26,038 bases of DNA from a virus (taxonomy: Duplodnaviria > Caudoviricetes), in IMG/VR virus record IMGVR_UViG_3300046010_008761, positions 1 through 26,038 of that record; one strand, written 5' to 3'. Shown here piece by piece: positions 23,197 through 26,038 of this stretch. The stretch's first letter is position 1. Each line of letters opens with the position of its first letter. Under the pieces are notes generated by a model, which was given only the letters and a program-made list of their open reading frames with translations, did no database searches and was not told the DNA's origin. Position numbers and translations under genes: made by a program.

Positions 23197-24702
23197 ATGT
23201 CTGATAGCTCCCAACTTCCATCCCTTTACCAAGAGGTAGGACAGACAGCTCTTGACCATCAGCAAGCATACGAACTAGCCCGCCACGACTTAGACTTCTT
23301 TGCTATGCTTGCTTTGCCACTGGTAACAGAATATGCCTATCCTGAAACCTATCATATTATATGGCAGCTATTACAGGATTATAGCCAGCGTACTAGGGAT
23401 TTCAGCAAGATAGCAGTAGGTTTCCCTCGAGGCTTTGCTAAGACCTCTTTAGTAAAACTAGCAATCCTATGGATGATCATCTTTACTAATAAGACTCATA
23501 TTGCTGTCATCTGCTCCACCGCCACTCATGCTCAGAATATTATCAGTGACATTGCTGATATGCTTGATGAGAATAATATTACTGCCCTTTTTGGTGACTG
23601 GCGTGTTGGTATTGAGAAGGATACACAAGAGCAGAAACGCTTTGGTTTTAAGGGAAGGAATATTGTACTTACTGCTATCGGTCAAGGTGGCTCTGTTCGT
23701 GGTCTTAACATTAAGCATCAACGTCCTGATGTTATGGTATTCGATGACATACAGACAAGAGAGGATGCTGATAGTGAATTGGTAAGCAGCTCAATACAAC
23801 AATGGATGTTAGGAACTGCTATGAAAGCTGCTAGCCACAAAGGCTGTCTCTATATCTTTTTAGCTAATATGTATCCCACTCCTCACAGTATATTAAGGAA
23901 TCTCAAGCATAATACTGAGTGGATTAAGTTCATTGTTGGTGGCATCCTTGCTGACGGAACCAGCTTGTGGGAGGACTTGAAACCTCTTAAGCAGCTATTA
24001 GATGAATACCGTAATGATGCTAATTCAGGCCATCCTGAAATCTTCTATGCTGAAGTGCTTAATGATGAGACAGCTAATGCTAATAATAACATTGATATCA
24101 GTAAGATTCCTACCTACCCTTTCGGAGAGGATGAGATAAGTGCTGGCAACTTCATTATCATTGACCCATCTAATGATAAGACTAATAGCGATAGTGTAAC
24201 AATTAGTGTCAATTGCATCATTGCTGGTAAGCCAGTTGTGCGAGTTCTTGATGAGGGCCGCTATTCTCCTGAAGAAACTATTACTAGGTCATTGAGGGCT
24301 GCTATGCAATGGGGATGCAGCCTTATCTGTATTGAGGCTAATGCTTACCAATACTCACTTAAGTTCTGGATGGACAAGTATAGAGTAAGACTAGGCTTAT
24401 ATGAACTAGCAGTAGAACCTATATATTCCGGCAGCCGCAGTAAGAATAGCAGAATCCTGGATATGTTTAAATCCCTGACTACAGGAGAGATACTAATACA
24501 TCCAGATGCTTGGCCATTAGCTAGTAGGCAGATAATAGATTTCAATGCTCTTAAGACCAACAATGTGGATGGTATCTTAGACTGTATTACCTATATCCCT
24601 AAAGTTCTTACTGAATTTAGTCATAAGATTACCATTCATAACATGATGGCTTCTGGTGATAGCAATGAAGTATGGGAATTGGAGGAAACTTGTGAATTTT
24701 AA
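23197..24702 (+). CDS. terL: terminase large subunit
   Basis: Walker A PRGFAKTS, RG....RPDVMVFDDIQ Walker B, nuclease IIDPS, CIEANAYQ, DGILD. Confidence 0.93.
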   Translation: MSDSSQLPSLYQEVGQTALDHQQAYELARHDLDFFAMLALPLVTEYAYPETYHIIWQLLQDYSQRTRDFSKIAVGFPRGFAKTSLVKLAILWMIIFTNKTHIAVICSTATHAQNIISDIADMLDENNITALFGDWRVGIEKDTQEQKRFGFKGRNIVLTAIGQGGSVRGLNIKHQRPDVMVFDDIQTREDADSELVSSSIQQWMLGTAMKAASHKGCLYIFLANMYPTPHSILRNLKHNTEWIKFIVGGILADGTSLWEDLKPLKQLLDEYRNDANSGHPEIFYAEVLNDETANANNNIDISKIPTYPFGEDEISAGNFIIIDPSNDKTNSDSVTISVNCIIAGKPVVRVLDEGRYSPEETITRSLRAAMQWGCSLICIEANAYQYSLKFWMDKYRVRLGLYELAVEPIYSGSRSKNSRILDMFKSLTTGEILIHPDAWPLASRQIIDFNALKTNNVDGILDCITYIPKVLTEFSHKITIHNMMASGDSNEVWELEETCEF

Positions 24703-24716
24703 CTTGGAGATAATAA

Positions 24717-24971
24717 GTGCCAGACCCAATACTAAATAGAAGAGGTTGCGTGGAAGTTAGTGCAGAGGCCGCCAAAGCTAGTCCCAGTATTCTGCTAAGG
24801 CTTCAGTCACAGCTAGCGGTTAATGGTATTACCATTAACTATGCTACCGACACAATGACAATACATGGCTGCTCTACTCTATTCGATGAGATAGAATCAC
24901 ACCAACTTACTCCCAGGTATGAGTGGAAGCTTGGCCCCAATAACGCAGTAACTTATACTAGGAGAAGCTAA
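24717..24971 (+). CDS. hypothetical protein
   Basis: 84 aa, GTG after GGAG, TAATG overlap with the portal gene. Confidence 0.65.
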   Translation: MPDPILNRRGCVEVSAEAAKASPSILLRLQSQLAVNGITINYATDTMTIHGCSTLFDEIESHQLTPRYEWKLGPNNAVTYTRRS

Positions 24972-26038
24972 TGGCCTCAAGCCAGACAATACTAAAAATA
25001 TCAAAGGAATCGCAAGCAGCTCTGGTATCCTATATGTGGAATATCAGAACCCGGTGGACTTATTTCTATACCATTAGGCAGGTACTTGAATCTGCTGATA
25101 GAGAATATTATCGGGAGAATAACAGAGGAGAGGAACATCAGCGTGCCCGCCTTGCTAATAACTTAGGTGATGCTAGTCGCTTCCAAGATGTGACAGTGCC
25201 AATAGTAGCTGACCAAGTTGATTCCTGGACAGCGTTCATGACTGAAGTATTCTGTTCGCAGACTCCTGTATTTCCAGTAGTAGCACCACCTAAGTATGCT
25301 GATGCTGCATTGCAGATGAATGCGCTATTAGATAAGCAGGCGCGCAAAGGTCGTTGGAAATCTGAGCTGATAAAGTTCTTCAGGGATTGTGGTAAATACG
25401 GTCTTGGTGCTTGTGAGGTATCCTGGACTAAAGCTAATACTGCTCTCATCGAGACTGATCTCAAATTCAGTAGCAAAGAAGGTAAGCCTAGGAATATTAT
25501 CTGGGAAGGTAACAGCATTAAGCGCCTTGACCTCTATAATACATTTTGGGATACCACAGTGTTACCACAAGATGTTGCCACTAAAGGTGAGTATGCAGGC
25601 TACCATGAACTAGTATCTAGGAATCGCATTAAGCAGATAATAGCGGAACTTGGTGAGGATGCTATTATCCCTAATATCAATGCTGCACTTAATTCTGGCA
25701 CTATGCTTACTGAATACTATGTGCCGCAAGTGAACCCAGAAGCTCTTACTGCTGTGCAGTCATTAACACAAGGTATGGATTGGTTCTCTTGGGCAGGATT
25801 GCAGAATAATAGCGGAATAGCTTATAAGGGTCTCTATATTATTACCACCTTGTATGCTCGTATCCTTCCTGCTGATTTCGGTATTCAGGCACCACAACCT
25901 AATACTCCTCAAGTATGGAAGTTCCTAATAGTCAATTTCAGCACTATCATTTATATTGAGCGCCAAACTAATGCTCATGAGATGATACCAGTGCTATTTG
26001 CTTGCCCCAATGATGATGGCATTAAGTATCAAACTAAG
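24971..26038 (+). CDS. portal protein, N-terminal part (runs off the window; not in ORF track)
   Basis: ATG 24971 after AGGAG. Frame checked at both ends: MASSQTILKISKESQ...VPIVADQVDS...FFRDCGKYGLGACEVSW...DDGIKYQTK. Directly after terL. Confidence 0.8.
   Translation, partial: MASSQTILKISKESQAALVSYMWNIRTRWTYFYTIRQVLESADREYYRENNRGEEHQRARLANNLGDASRFQDVTVPIVADQVDSWTAFMTEVFCSQTPVFPVVAPPKYADAALQMNALLDKQARKGRWKSELIKFFRDCGKYGLGACEVSWTKANTALIETDLKFSSKEGKPRNIIWEGNSIKRLDLYNTFWDTTVLPQDVATKGEYAGYHELVSRNRIKQIIAELGEDAIIPNINAALNSGTMLTEYYVPQVNPEALTAVQSLTQGMDWFSWAGLQNNSGIAYKGLYIITTLYARILPADFGIQAPQPNTPQVWKFLIVNFSTIIYIERQTNAHEMIPVLFACPNDDGIKYQTK

Noticed and set aside
25138-25613. ORFs 25138-25518 (-) and 25389-25613 (+)
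   Set aside because: Shadows of the portal reading frame starting at 24971.

Overview
This window comes from a tailed dsDNA phage, probably lytic and podovirus-like, and appears to hold its whole non-structural arm. The + strand carries the 3' end of a large virion-type gene (1-627, followed by a terminator) and, after a divergent control region (~22.0-22.4 kb), terS, terL and the start of the portal gene. The - strand (~21980 to 724) carries small early genes, an origin-like inverted-repeat region, a RecD/Dda-type helicase, a Cas4-like exonuclease, a Sak4-like ATPase, a DHH phosphoesterase, an SSB-like protein, a family A DNA polymerase, a DUF3987-like ATPase, two HNH-AP2 endonucleases, an SGNH esterase, dUTPase, DUF6378 and a non-canonical ThyX-like protein. 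I saw no integrase, repressor, RNA polymerase, tRNA, CRISPR array or primase. Main leads: (1) four sense-oriented CsrA/RsmA-consensus hairpins and a perfect CRP core, suggesting coupling to host carbon regulation; (2) an apparently primase-less replisome with a His762 PolA; (3) an unusual nucleotide-metabolism cluster; (4) several micro-ORFs missing from the ORF track, including a 50% acidic peptide. All family calls come from motif recognition by eye, not database searches.
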